Position numbers and translations under genes: made by a program. A DNA stretch of 64,000 nucleotides from Candidatus Cryptobacteroides merdigallinarum (GTDB lineage: Bacteria; Bacteroidota; Bacteroidia; Bacteroidales; UBA932): contig JADIMQ010000003.1 of NCBI GenBank assembly GCA_017694655.1, positions 1,963 through 65,962 of the forward strand. The letters are read 5' to 3'. Position 1 is the first letter of the stretch. Each line of letters begins with the position of its first letter. The notes beneath the pieces were generated by a model. It made no database searches and was not told the DNA's origin. It worked only from the letters and a program-made list of their open reading frames with translations. Below, in pieces: positions 30,870 through 40,557 of the stretch.

Positions 30870-31598
30870 CTATGCGACCCTTCCTGCCAGTTTCATCAGT
30901 GCAGTGAAGTCGACATCGGAGATAACCCACTGCTTCCTTATCGCGTTCCTGATGGATTCCGGAGTCTTGTCCGCAGGCTTCTTCGCCGCCCAGCTGATGA
31001 AGGCGTTCCACCTCGGATGTTCGGGAGAGAGCACGGGAAGGCCTGCCGCCTGCCCCTTCATCTCCTCGCCATGTGATGTTTCCACCGTGCCGGACTCCGT
31101 CGTCTTCGGCTCCTTTTCAGAAGCGGCGGAGATCGTGGCTGTCCCGCTGAGATACTTCGAGTCTGACCTTCCCCTGTATATGTCGGCCCCGAACCCGAGA
31201 GCCTTGCACGCTATGCCGAGTGCATCTGTATATGCCTTCTTGTACGCCTCGTCATCAACGGACAGACCGTCAGGAGTTTTCATCACCAGCCTGTTGCCTC
31301 CGGTTCCCCTGATAGGCTTGCTCCACTTGCCGGTCCTTGAGTCCTTCAGGTACAGGTTCACATCCGTGAAGATGCATATCTCTCCGTTCGAGAAAGGCAC
31401 CGACTCCTGCCTGACGACCTCCGTATACCAGCCCTCCCCGGCAGGGCCGAACAGTTCTGTGAGCTTCTCGATACGCCACATGGGGTCAATCTCCGTAAGA
31501 TTCTTGCCGTAGGATGATGTGAACGGTCTTCTGGCGTCATCCGGCACCGACTGCACAAGCCTGTAGATGTGCAGATTGCCTGAATTCTTTAGTTCCAT
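30870..31598 (-). CDS. Rad52/Rad22(Sak)-like single-strand annealing protein
   Basis: LTEIDPMWRIEKLTELFGPAGEGW, GTGG, DDEAYKKAYTDAL..A...LGFGADIY. Confidence 0.7.
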   Translation of the reverse strand: MELKNSGNLHIYRLVQSVPDDARRPFTSSYGKNLTEIDPMWRIEKLTELFGPAGEGWYTEVVRQESVPFSNGEICIFTDVNLYLKDSRTGKWSKPIRGTGGNRLVMKTPDGLSVDDEAYKKAYTDALGIACKALGFGADIYRGRSDSKYLSGTATISAASEKEPKTTESGTVETSHGEEMKGQAAGLPVLSPEHPRWNAFISWAAKKPADKTPESIRNAIRKQWVISDVDFTALMKLAGRVA

Positions 31599-31885
31599 AA
31601 TCTTTGTTATAAATTATTGATTTATAAATCTGTGCTGTTTCCTTCATTGAAGGATGCCTGCGGAGCATCAAAGACCGGATGGCGGAAGCAAAGGCAGGGG
31701 CAGGCGACGGAAATCGATGCCTGAAAGGTGTCTATTTCCGAGAATGAATGGAATGTCCCTTGCCGGATGGAGACATCCCGTAACTTCGCACAGCGGGCAT
31801 CCGGAGCAGGAGGAAAGACACTACTATCCCAGAACAGTATCACCCAAAAGACAGATGACACTGTTTATCTTCCGAGAATAAACGG

Positions 31886-32191
31886 TCAATGAAGCACCTT
31901 GAGTTCGTTGGCGATTTCATACAGTTCATCAAAGCTGAGACATTCCAGTTCATCCTCATAAGGACCATCCATGTCCGTATCGCCGCTATTATATACGACA
32001 TCGTACAGGACAAAGACATCATCTCGTTCTTTCCTCAAAGACCGGTACCTGTGAATGCCGCACGACTCCCCGTCATAGAACGGGGTATCAGCACAGATCA
32101 CCGTATTCCCAGCGCCGCTAACCGCATCCTTTATAGCATCAATATACATTCCCCTCACCTTCGCAGTTTCCGCAAGCAATGTCCCTTTCAT
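31886..32191 (-). CDS. Small acidic hypothetical protein
   Basis: 101-aa ORF preceded by GAAAGGAGG; very acidic C-terminus DTDMDGPYEDELECLSFDELYEIANEL. Confidence 0.65.
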   Translation of the reverse strand: MKGTLLAETAKVRGMYIDAIKDAVSGAGNTVICADTPFYDGESCGIHRYRSLRKERDDVFVLYDVVYNSGDTDMDGPYEDELECLSFDELYEIANELKVLH

Positions 32192-32208
32192 AAGACCTCC
32201 TCCTTTCA

Positions 32209-32568
32209 TCATATCCCGTAGTCCCTGTCGATCCCCAACAGGGAATCTATCCTGAAGCATCTCCAGTCCTTCTTCTCGACGTCGAAATAAGGGAATGTAG
32301 TGGCCGTATGGCGGCCGTGCCTTCCTCCCTTTCCCGTACCGGCGCTGTAGTACCTGTCGATGATATCCGAGGACCTCGTCCCGTATGCCTCCCTTGTCTC
32401 GCCGTTGACCTTGGTGAACACGAAATGGCACAGGCCCTCGCTCATCAGGTTCTTCATTTCCTCCATCTCATCATACAGCATTCTCCCGGCATTGACGCCC
32501 ATGGCGCCAAGCAGATAGTCGTGAACCTCCCTGAGTTCACTGTCGTTCTCATGAGTCATCCTTTCCAT
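32209..32568 (-). CDS. DUF2693 / WYL_2 SH3-like beta-barrel protein
   Basis: HFVFTKVNGETREAYGT...YFDVEKKDWRCFRIDSL. Confidence 0.8.
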   Translation of the reverse strand: MERMTHENDSELREVHDYLLGAMGVNAGRMLYDEMEEMKNLMSEGLCHFVFTKVNGETREAYGTRSSDIIDRYYSAGTGKGGRHGRHTATTFPYFDVEKKDWRCFRIDSLLGIDRDYGI

Positions 32569-32574
32569 ATCACC

Positions 32575-34383
32575 TTATCTTTGAGTTGTCATAATCGCCT
32601 TCTTGATCAGCTTGCCGAGTTCCGGGGCAAACCTTGTCATGTCCGTCATGCTGACATGATTGTCATACATCATTCCTGCCTCGCTGATGAAGTCTATCCC
32701 TATGCTGACGAAAGTGAACCCGGACTTTGACAGTTCCCGGACAGCCTTCCGGACATTCTGCGGAGGCTCGCACGGGGCGCCGTCCGAAATCACGAAAAAG
32801 AGACATTTCTCCCTGGTTGCCGCACGCACCCGGCATGCAGCCTCCCTGATGGCCAGTGAATCGACGTTGCAGTCATCCGCACCTATGCCTCCCAACGCAT
32901 ACCTGTCCGCCGGCTTCCTGCCCTCCCGGTATGCCTTCAGCTTCACAAACGAGCGGCCTTCCGTAGTATGGCCGTATATGAACAAATCCACATTCCGCAC
33001 CGACGAGAGCGCCTCGTTCAGCAGCACAGCCGCATCGCGCGCCGACTGCATCTTTTCCCCATACATGGAGCCGCTCTCGTCCACAAGCACGCAAACGGCA
33101 AGCCTGTCCGCCCTTGATACGGTCTCCATACGGTAGATGTTCTCCACTCCCTGCACGGCCTCGGCAAGCCTGCCGGTATCCAGCATTCCGCTGCGGAGGC
33201 CCCTTATCTCGGCCCTCCTATCCGCCCCGTTGCCCCTCAGTGCGTTTGCCATGGCCGGTATGAACCGCCTCACTCTCTCCAGGGAATCCTCATAGAGCTC
33301 CTTTGAAGGCTCGGGCAGGCAGATGTTGACACCGTCCTGCACCCCGATTTCAATCTCCCCGGACAGGGCCCTGCCGAACCTGCACCCGTCCTCCCGTACC
33401 GTGCAGGACATCATGGACGGGTCCAGAGCATAGCTCCCGTCACAGGAATTCCCGGAAAAGGACTTCTCCAGGGAGGACAGTATCCCGTCGAGGCAGTCGG
33501 ACATCTCCCTTTCGACGGTCCTGCCTCTCCTCCGAGGGGCTGGTCCGGCCCCGGTCTCCTGCCCTCCTCCATTCCCAGGAGCATCCCCGACTTCTCCCTG
33601 GTCCTTCTCCTGCTCATAGAAATCCCTTATTATGGAATATATCTTCTCCGCAGCCTCCAGTGTCTCGGCGGTCGTCCTCGGATACGGCACGACAATCTCC
33701 CTCACCTTCAGGAGTATGTCGACGAACTCAGCCACATCGTCCATGTCCAGCGCCCCGGTATACCTTATAAGGGCAAGGATGGAATTGAAGAGCCTGCATG
33801 TCCTTTCCTGCCTACGGCCGGCCGGGGGATCGATGTGCCTCGACGAATGCCTGTCGAAATAGTAATACTTGGTGCAGGCGAGGAAATTGGAGAGCCCGGG
33901 GCGCTCCTCGCCGCAGAGCATCTCTATACGCTCGTCCTCTATGAGGTTGGACAGATCCGCTACAATGCGATTCCCGGCCATGCCAATAACCGAGAAGTCG
34001 GTGTACAGCAGATGGCAGCCCTCATGCACGGTGAGCCCGGTAAATATGTCGACCGCCTCTCCCGGTGACAGCTTCCCGTCATCGAACATTTCTGTCGCCA
34101 CGAAGACCGTCCTGCTGTCAGTGCAGGAGCATTTGCCGGTCAGCGATATGCGCACCCTGAAAGGGATGTTCATCGCCACTATCATGTCCCTGGCATGGGA
34201 ATAGGCGACCTTGTGCAGTTCAGCCCTGTCATTCACCCGGAGGACGGCCTCCGAATATGCTGCTCCCCGCGGAAGCACGGATTCCCAGCCTATCCGTCCG
34301 CTACGCCTCACGCTCGTAAAGTTCCGTCCGTTCCTCTGCAGGAAATCCCTGCAGAGGGAGTCTATCTTTTCCTGTGTCGTCAT
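32575..34383 (-). CDS. CobT/NorD-like protein: HExxH domain + C-terminal VWA domain
   Basis: TVHEGCHLLYTDF, NLIEDERIE, RSGMLD..RL, MIDAS LVDESGSM, VISDGAP. Confidence 0.85.
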   Translation of the reverse strand: MTTQEKIDSLCRDFLQRNGRNFTSVRRSGRIGWESVLPRGAAYSEAVLRVNDRAELHKVAYSHARDMIVAMNIPFRVRISLTGKCSCTDSRTVFVATEMFDDGKLSPGEAVDIFTGLTVHEGCHLLYTDFSVIGMAGNRIVADLSNLIEDERIEMLCGEERPGLSNFLACTKYYYFDRHSSRHIDPPAGRRQERTCRLFNSILALIRYTGALDMDDVAEFVDILLKVREIVVPYPRTTAETLEAAEKIYSIIRDFYEQEKDQGEVGDAPGNGGGQETGAGPAPRRRGRTVEREMSDCLDGILSSLEKSFSGNSCDGSYALDPSMMSCTVREDGCRFGRALSGEIEIGVQDGVNICLPEPSKELYEDSLERVRRFIPAMANALRGNGADRRAEIRGLRSGMLDTGRLAEAVQGVENIYRMETVSRADRLAVCVLVDESGSMYGEKMQSARDAAVLLNEALSSVRNVDLFIYGHTTEGRSFVKLKAYREGRKPADRYALGGIGADDCNVDSLAIREAACRVRAATREKCLFFVISDGAPCEPPQNVRKAVRELSKSGFTFVSIGIDFISEAGMMYDNHVSMTDMTRFAPELGKLIKKAIMTTQR

Positions 34384-34437
34384 GATCAAACCGATTTAGG
34401 ATTATCTTCAATTCGCTGATATTGGTACACGGCCCCC

Positions 34438-35673
34438 TCACCTCGAGCATAGCATCTTGTTGACTATGCCCATCTCGCCCTCGGTAGGAGTGCCCTCGAA
34501 ATAAGGAAGGAATATAAGGTTCAGCGCCTCCAGTGCGGTATATCCGCAGGAGACCATCTTGGCCGCCATGAGGCTCTGGCGCACGGTAACCGTGGCCGAG
34601 AGGTCGCCCTTCCTGTAACTGTCCCTGATGTCCTTCGCCACCTTGGATATGTTCATGGCGTCCGTCAGGCCTATTCCGTACCTCACCACAAGCACGGAGG
34701 CCTCATCGCTTACGGACGGGTAGTCCATCTGAAGACGGAAGAACCTGGAGTTCAGCGCGGGGTCAATGACATTGGTCCCCACGAACTCGACACCTATGTT
34801 TGCTGTTGCCACGAATGTGCACTCCGGGTGGACCGGGACGATCTGGACCGGGGACACATAGTCGTTCCTCATCTGCCTCGAGCCGTCAAGGCACGACATC
34901 AGATAGTTAAGGGCATTGACCGGCGCCCTGTTGATCTCATCGAGAAGGATCACACCGGGCTTCTGTATGTCCTCAAGGAACTGGGCCGGCTCGAACACGG
35001 ACCTTCCCTCCCTTATCCTGTGGACTCCGAGAAGTGCTGACATCGGGTCGCCTATCGTGCCCATGTTGTACTTCCTGCACTGGAGCCCCAGCCTGCTGCA
35101 CGCCAGCATGACGAGTTCGGTCTTCCCCGAGCCGGAAGGGCCTGTCAGGAGAAGGTTGTCATGGTTGTGTACGAATGTCATCACCATCTCCCAGCTCCTG
35201 CTGTCGACAGAGAACCCGTCCGTCGCAACCGTGGGACGCGCCCACTTCTCCCCGGTCCGGATCATCCCAAGGAGCGTCCCGGCACCGGGAATCTCCTCCT
35301 GCTGAAGGACCTCCTCCTCGCCGACCTCCGCTTCCCCGGCGGAAAACAGGGACCGCCGCTTGAACTCATCGAAGCTCCTGACCATATCGGCATCCGGCTG
35401 CAGCGGGTCACCGGGGACATCCATCGGGAAAATGCCGCCCACGGCGGACATGAACGGAGCCATGCCGGCACCCGCGCCCGTCCCTCCCCGCACCTCAAGT
35501 GACGGAGTGCAGAAAACCGTGCCGATGGGACACCTGTCCCTCACCTTCCTGTCGGCCTGTATGTTCAACTGCGTCGGCACGGGAGAGCCGTCCGGGAATG
35601 TCTGCCCGGGAAGTGCCCTGAGCCTGTTGGAGGCTCCGTAACGCCTTGTCTTCAAGAAATAATAGGAATTCAT
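34438..35673 (-). CDS. MoxR/CbbQ/NorQ-type AAA+ ATPase
   Basis: Walker A GPSGSGKT, Walker B ILLDEINRA, ATANIG.EF.GT..IDPALNSRF; start placed at MNSYYF. Confidence 0.9.
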   Translation of the reverse strand: MNSYYFLKTRRYGASNRLRALPGQTFPDGSPVPTQLNIQADRKVRDRCPIGTVFCTPSLEVRGGTGAGAGMAPFMSAVGGIFPMDVPGDPLQPDADMVRSFDEFKRRSLFSAGEAEVGEEEVLQQEEIPGAGTLLGMIRTGEKWARPTVATDGFSVDSRSWEMVMTFVHNHDNLLLTGPSGSGKTELVMLACSRLGLQCRKYNMGTIGDPMSALLGVHRIREGRSVFEPAQFLEDIQKPGVILLDEINRAPVNALNYLMSCLDGSRQMRNDYVSPVQIVPVHPECTFVATANIGVEFVGTNVIDPALNSRFFRLQMDYPSVSDEASVLVVRYGIGLTDAMNISKVAKDIRDSYRKGDLSATVTVRQSLMAAKMVSCGYTALEALNLIFLPYFEGTPTEGEMGIVNKMLCSR

Positions 35674-35936
35674 AACCGCTACCTGCCGGGGAACTGCCCA
35701 GCACATCCCCGAGGATGGCTTCCAGGCTTCCCGGAACCACAAAGCAGCAACAGGCACTGGAAGACGGCTGCAGACAAAAGAAGAGCATGAAAAATGATGC
35801 AAGCCCGCGGCCTGTGTCCCTTTTTCATGCGTTTTGACGGCTGCCGTCAGTGCCACCTTCGCGAAGTGGTACCGGAAGCCGGATATCAATTTCATGCCGT
35901 TTTCATCAAAAAAGTCGACTTTTTGTATATAAAAAC

Positions 35937-35965
35937 TTGAATATGTCGAGAAATAATTATCTTTG
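35937..35965 (+). promoter_or_regulatory. Bacteroidetes sigma-A promoter for the tra operon
   Basis: TTG at 35937 and TATCTTTG at 35958-35965; 16-bp palindrome AAAAAGTCGACTTTTT at 35909-35924 just upstream. Confidence 0.65.
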
Positions 35966-35994
35966 TGCATAAAATTATACTCTTTTTTCATCTT

Positions 35995-36546
35995 ATGGAA
36001 TCTGATTTCATCCTATGGACATTCATAATATCCGCCATCCTGCTATGCGCTGCAGGTGCATGCTTCATATTCTGCCCGGGACATCCGTCGGGCAGGAAAT
36101 GCGCTGGCCAGGGTGAAGAAACGGAAGGCGTCACAGCCCTGGTGGAGATCCGGGAAGACGCGCAGCAAAACGACGCTGCGCCGGAACCGGAAAACCTTGA
36201 TGGCATCCAGCCATGCCAGTCGTCATTCGGGATGCTCTCCGCGGAGAAGGACGGGAAGACCGACATCGAGGAATTCAGTGGCGGCAGTCTCGGAGGAGAC
36301 AGGCTGCATGAGGTGCTGTCGAACCTCATCCTGTCCGGGATGGAGGTGGAGGACGGCGAAGGGAACAGGCTCACCGCCGACCAGGCCACAGGTATGGCCG
36401 GGGCATCTGAATCAGTGGTCCCCGACAATATGCCGGAAGCGCCACGGACAGATCCCGAGCCGGAAGAGTCCAGGGACTCAAGGGTAGCGGAGGCGATAAG
36501 AAGGCTGGAAACAAACCTTTCGGACATAAAAAGACAATCGATATGA
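35995..36546 (+). CDS. Membrane-anchored acidic protein at the head of the tra operon
   Basis: N-terminal TM helix and acidic low-complexity body; stop overlaps the next start (ATGA). Confidence 0.6.
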   Translation: MESDFILWTFIISAILLCAAGACFIFCPGHPSGRKCAGQGEETEGVTALVEIREDAQQNDAAPEPENLDGIQPCQSSFGMLSAEKDGKTDIEEFSGGSLGGDRLHEVLSNLILSGMEVEDGEGNRLTADQATGMAGASESVVPDNMPEAPRTDPEPEESRDSRVAEAIRRLETNLSDIKRQSI

Positions 36547-36851
36547 ACGCAAAAAAATTTATCGCCATGACCTCGGGGATACTTATACCGTCCGGACTGG
36601 TCATCGCACAGGTCGTCACGGGCGAAGGATTCATAAATGAAGGCACCGACGCCATGGAGAGCATCGGCTCGGCGGCGATGCGGCTTCTGTCCATACTTAT
36701 GGGAGCCGCAGCAGCAGTCACGCTCTTCCTGGTCGTGCTTGAATCAAACAAGAAGAACAGCCAGAACAAGGACGCCTTCGTGACATGGTTCTGCATCTTC
36801 GCCCTGGGGTTCCTCGCCCTGGAGCTGATCAACTCGCTTTTCTTCAACTGA
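36543..36851 (+). CDS. traE: Conjugative pilin-like protein (TraE/DUF4134, VirB2-like)
   Basis: Leader ending AQ, two hydrophobic helices and W-F motif; position before TraF/TraG. Confidence 0.6.
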   Translation: MNAKKFIAMTSGILIPSGLVIAQVVTGEGFINEGTDAMESIGSAAMRLLSILMGAAAAVTLFLVVLESNKKNSQNKDAFVTWFCIFALGFLALELINSLFFN

Positions 36852-36859
36852 CGGCCGCC

Positions 36860-37165
36860 ATGAGGATCAAGGTGTACAAATCGCTGGACAGGAGCATACA
36901 GTTCTTCGGCATACGCGGCCGCTTCATAATCCCCATGGCGGCAGGGGCAGGACTGTCCATACTAATATCGGTGGCAGTAGGCAACGCCACATCGGGGCTT
37001 GTGGGGCTCATGCTCTTCTTCATCCTGTTCTTCTCCTGCGCCATGGCCGTCATCGGCATACAGAACGCCGTGGGGGAAAAGGAACTGTTCTGCAGGATAG
37101 CCATGTACAGATGCCCCGACTACATAAGAGTGAAACCAGGAAAGACGATAAGGAAATGGAAATGA
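36860..37165 (+). CDS. traF: TraF/DUF4133 (VirB3-like)
   Basis: VYKSLDRSIQFFGIRGRFI followed by two TM helices. Confidence 0.75.
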   Translation: MRIKVYKSLDRSIQFFGIRGRFIIPMAAGAGLSILISVAVGNATSGLVGLMLFFILFFSCAMAVIGIQNAVGEKELFCRIAMYRCPDYIRVKPGKTIRKWK

Positions 37166-39711
37166 ACTTCAATTCCGTGGACCTCGGCGAGATCCTGCCG
37201 ATAGCGGGAACGTACGACGGCTACATACTCTCCAGGAGAGGCGACATCACGGCCGGCTGGGAACTCTACCTGCCGGCGGCCCTCTCCGTTTCGGAGAAGG
37301 ACTACGACACCATGCTGAAAAGCCTCGCATCGGCAATAAGGTCGCTCCCGGACTGGAGCATAGTGCACAGGCAGGACCTGTACTTCGACGAGACATACAG
37401 GGCGCAGGAAAGGCCCGGTTTCCTGAACAGGTGCTACGAGAGGCACTTCGCAGGCAGGAGGTACCACAGCGGGAGGCACTTCATCTACCTTACCATGACA
37501 AGCAGGGCAAGCGCCATGCGCGGTGCCGGATCGTGCGGGCTCTTCAGCCTGAAGCTACCCGACAGGCTTCCCGAGCCGGAGGAGCTGGGCGAGTTCCGTG
37601 CGATGAGCGAAGAGTTCATCGCCGTCGTGACAGGCAGCGGCGCGTGCAGGGCCAGAAGGCTGACCGACGCAGACCTCGCGGGCTGCCCCGGATCCCCGGG
37701 ACTGATAGAAAAGACAATGATGCTCGGGGAGGACATGATGAGCGACATACGGATGGAGCCTGACTACATACAGGTCCACGACTCCAGGACAGTCATGTTC
37801 CATATCTCGGACAGCAACGTGCTCCCGTCCGAGATGGACACGGTGCGCACGGTGAACTCGATGAGCACGGCCAACTCCAGGGTAGACATGTGCATGGCGG
37901 CACCGGTAGGAGTCATGATGATGGGGCATCCGCACATCAACAACCTGTACATAGTGAAGCCAAGCCAGCAGTCGTTTCTCGGCGACCTGACTGCGAGGGC
38001 CAGGCGCCAGTCCCAGTTCGCCACCGACGGGGCGAACGCGGACAACGCAAGCGAAAACAGGGAATTCGTGTCCGAAGCAAACAGGAACGGGCTCTGCGGA
38101 GTCTATGCCCACTGCAATGTGATCAGCTGGGGCCATGACGAAAAGGAGCTGCTGCGCGCAAGGTCCGACTTCAGCGCCGCCCTGTCGTCGATGGGAGTGG
38201 ACGCCGTCAGGAACATCCGCTCGGCCCCCGTCATGTGGTACGCATCGATCCCCGGGGCAGCATCAGAACTGAGCAGGGAGCACCTGCTCGCATGCGATCT
38301 GAACACCGCCCTCGCCCTTGCGCAGTACGAGAGCTTCGACGACGGCCTCCCCGCAGGCACATTCAAGCTGACGGACCGGCTGAGGCACATCCCGGTGCCC
38401 CTCGACATACAGAAGGAGGCCGACAGGGCCAACCTCGTGAGCAACTACAACATATTCCTCGACGGGGCGTCAGGGACCGGGAAGTCGTTCACGACAGCCA
38501 GCCTCCTCTACAGCATGTATGCCGCCGGGGAGCACATATTCATCATCGACATAGGAGGGTCATACGAACAGGTATGCGCCGTGGTGAACGAGGAGAGCCG
38601 CGGAGCGGACGGAATATACAACAGATGGGACAAGCGCCACTCGTTCTCCTTCAGCCCGTTCGCCGAATACCGCAGGTGGATAGGCAGCGACGGAACACTG
38701 CACAGGGAGGAGCCGTCACTGAACTTCCTCATATCCGTAATTATGACCATGGGCACGGACAGGGAGAAGAACATAGTGTTCGGCGAGTTCGAGGAGAACA
38801 TAATAGTCCACCTGATAGTGCGGTTCATACAGGACTGGAAGGATCCCCACCTCATCCCGATATTCGACGACTTCGTGAAATGGGCGAACAGGTACCTGCT
38901 GTACCAGGACGACGCTCCCGAGGAGCTGCGTGGCACGATGAGGAGCTTCTACACCAGGGACGGCGTGAAGGTGGACTCCGGCTCCTTTGCAGGCGGACGC
39001 TTCATAATGAGCCTGTCGTCGTACGCGAAGGACGGGCAGTTCGGCTTCCTGCTGAACACAAGGGAGCCGGCGGACCTGTTCGGCAGCCGCTTCACCGTAT
39101 TCGACGTCGGGGAGCTGGCCAACGTGAACAACCGCAAGTTCTTCTCGATATGCGTCCTGTGCATAGTGAACGCCTTTGACCTGAAGATGAACTCCAGAGA
39201 CATCGAGGGATTCAAGGTGATGGCGCTCGACGAGGCCTGGAAAGCGATATCCAACGAGACAATGGCACCGTACCTGAGGGAGCTGTGGAAGACGGCAAGA
39301 AAGTTCAACACATCGGCGATGGTCATCACCCAGGAGCTTGACGACATCCTCTCCTCCGACATCATCAAGGAGACCATCCTCCAGAACTCCGACATAAAGA
39401 TACTGATGAGCCAGAGCGGCAACGTGAACGCATTTGAAAAGATAAGCGGGCCGCTCGGGCTGTCGCCGATGGACGTGAACCTCGTCCTCTCCATGTCCGG
39501 GAACGGCTCCAGGTCGAAAGACGTGTTCATCAAATGGGGCAACAGCAGATCAGGCGTATACACTGTGGAAGCGTGCCCTGAACAGCTGTGGGCATTCGAG
39601 AGCAACCACCAGAAGAAAAGGCCCCTGTACGACAAGATGAAGGAAACCGGCTCCATGCTGTCGGCCATTTCAGCCCTCACTGCCGACGGGATACTGCCGA
39701 AACAGGAATAG
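37162..39711 (+). CDS. traG: Conjugative ATPase TraG (VirB4-like)
   Basis: SRRGDIT.GW, VHRQD, HFAGR, Walker A GASGTGKS, IDIGGSY, DEAWKAI, LWKTARKF..SA.VITQE. Confidence 0.95.
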   Translation: MNFNSVDLGEILPIAGTYDGYILSRRGDITAGWELYLPAALSVSEKDYDTMLKSLASAIRSLPDWSIVHRQDLYFDETYRAQERPGFLNRCYERHFAGRRYHSGRHFIYLTMTSRASAMRGAGSCGLFSLKLPDRLPEPEELGEFRAMSEEFIAVVTGSGACRARRLTDADLAGCPGSPGLIEKTMMLGEDMMSDIRMEPDYIQVHDSRTVMFHISDSNVLPSEMDTVRTVNSMSTANSRVDMCMAAPVGVMMMGHPHINNLYIVKPSQQSFLGDLTARARRQSQFATDGANADNASENREFVSEANRNGLCGVYAHCNVISWGHDEKELLRARSDFSAALSSMGVDAVRNIRSAPVMWYASIPGAASELSREHLLACDLNTALALAQYESFDDGLPAGTFKLTDRLRHIPVPLDIQKEADRANLVSNYNIFLDGASGTGKSFTTASLLYSMYAAGEHIFIIDIGGSYEQVCAVVNEESRGADGIYNRWDKRHSFSFSPFAEYRRWIGSDGTLHREEPSLNFLISVIMTMGTDREKNIVFGEFEENIIVHLIVRFIQDWKDPHLIPIFDDFVKWANRYLLYQDDAPEELRGTMRSFYTRDGVKVDSGSFAGGRFIMSLSSYAKDGQFGFLLNTREPADLFGSRFTVFDVGELANVNNRKFFSICVLCIVNAFDLKMNSRDIEGFKVMALDEAWKAISNETMAPYLRELWKTARKFNTSAMVITQELDDILSSDIIKETILQNSDIKILMSQSGNVNAFEKISGPLGLSPMDVNLVLSMSGNGSRSKDVFIKWGNSRSGVYTVEACPEQLWAFESNHQKKRPLYDKMKETGSMLSAISALTADGILPKQE

Positions 39712-39714
39712 CCT

Positions 39715-40557
39715 ATGCCACGCGTAATTTTCATGCCGCTGATTGCATCCATGGCACTCCTCATCCCGGGGCATGCCGTGGCGCAGGAGATCGTCGTCGA
39801 CCCCACACATATCGGAGTGGCGATAGAGAACACCGCATCCTCGCTCGAGGAGATGATAACCATGGTGGAGGAGATGTTCATGCTCAATGACAAGCTGGAC
39901 GACCTGTACGGCCTTGCCGAGAAAGTGGACGAGGTGGCGGACCGGTTCCGTGAGGTGGGATACCTGGTGGAAATGACGGAGACATACAACGACCTGCTCA
40001 AGCGCACCTACGACTACTCCGCAAGGATCAGGGAATGGGCGGCGGAAAGCGGTCTGTACGGCTATGAGAGGGAGCTCAGGTACATGTACCGGTGCGAGAT
40101 GAACGGCATCAGGCTGTTCAACCAGTATGTGAGCTTCTTCAGGAACCTCAAGACTTCCGATGCCGACAAGGTGCAGGAAACGAGGGAGACGCTCAGGGAC
40201 ATAAGGCATGAGCTGCAGCAGATAGAGACGGCCATGGGCAGCATAAGCCAGTCGCGCGCAATGGCGGCCGGCATGGAAAGCGCAATGGAATTCTTCGATG
40301 CCACCAACACGGTGCACGACTATGTGGACACCTACAGGCATCTCGGGAGCCCGTCGTCCGCTGGCAGTGCCTGGATACGGTTCATAAGGATAATCGAGGG
40401 CCTGCTTCTCGGATTCATGGCCGTGGCAGGCATGTCAATCATATTCAGGGGGCAGGACGCCGGCACACTCGCCGGTTCAACCGCCATGAGGTGGTTCATA
40501 GCCGCAGCCGTGGCAATGACGGTCCTGGAACTGCTAAATAAAGTCATACTCCAATGA
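39715..40557 (+). CDS. TraI/DUF4141-like (VirB5-like) protein with C-terminal two-TM extension
   Basis: AQEIVVDP N-terminus, helical body, SDADK motif; position between traG and traJ. Confidence 0.55.
   Translation: MPRVIFMPLIASMALLIPGHAVAQEIVVDPTHIGVAIENTASSLEEMITMVEEMFMLNDKLDDLYGLAEKVDEVADRFREVGYLVEMTETYNDLLKRTYDYSARIREWAAESGLYGYERELRYMYRCEMNGIRLFNQYVSFFRNLKTSDADKVQETRETLRDIRHELQQIETAMGSISQSRAMAAGMESAMEFFDATNTVHDYVDTYRHLGSPSSAGSAWIRFIRIIEGLLLGFMAVAGMSIIFRGQDAGTLAGSTAMRWFIAAAVAMTVLELLNKVILQ

Noticed and set aside
32575-35673. Cobaltochelatase CobS/CobT for cobalamin synthesis
   Set aside because: No cobN or other cob genes; the context is mobile-element recombination genes, so similarity is at family level only.
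35674-35991. N-terminal extension of the AAA+ ORF to 517 aa
   Set aside because: Overlaps the tra promoter and palindrome cluster; the start at 35673 (MNSYYF) is more plausible.
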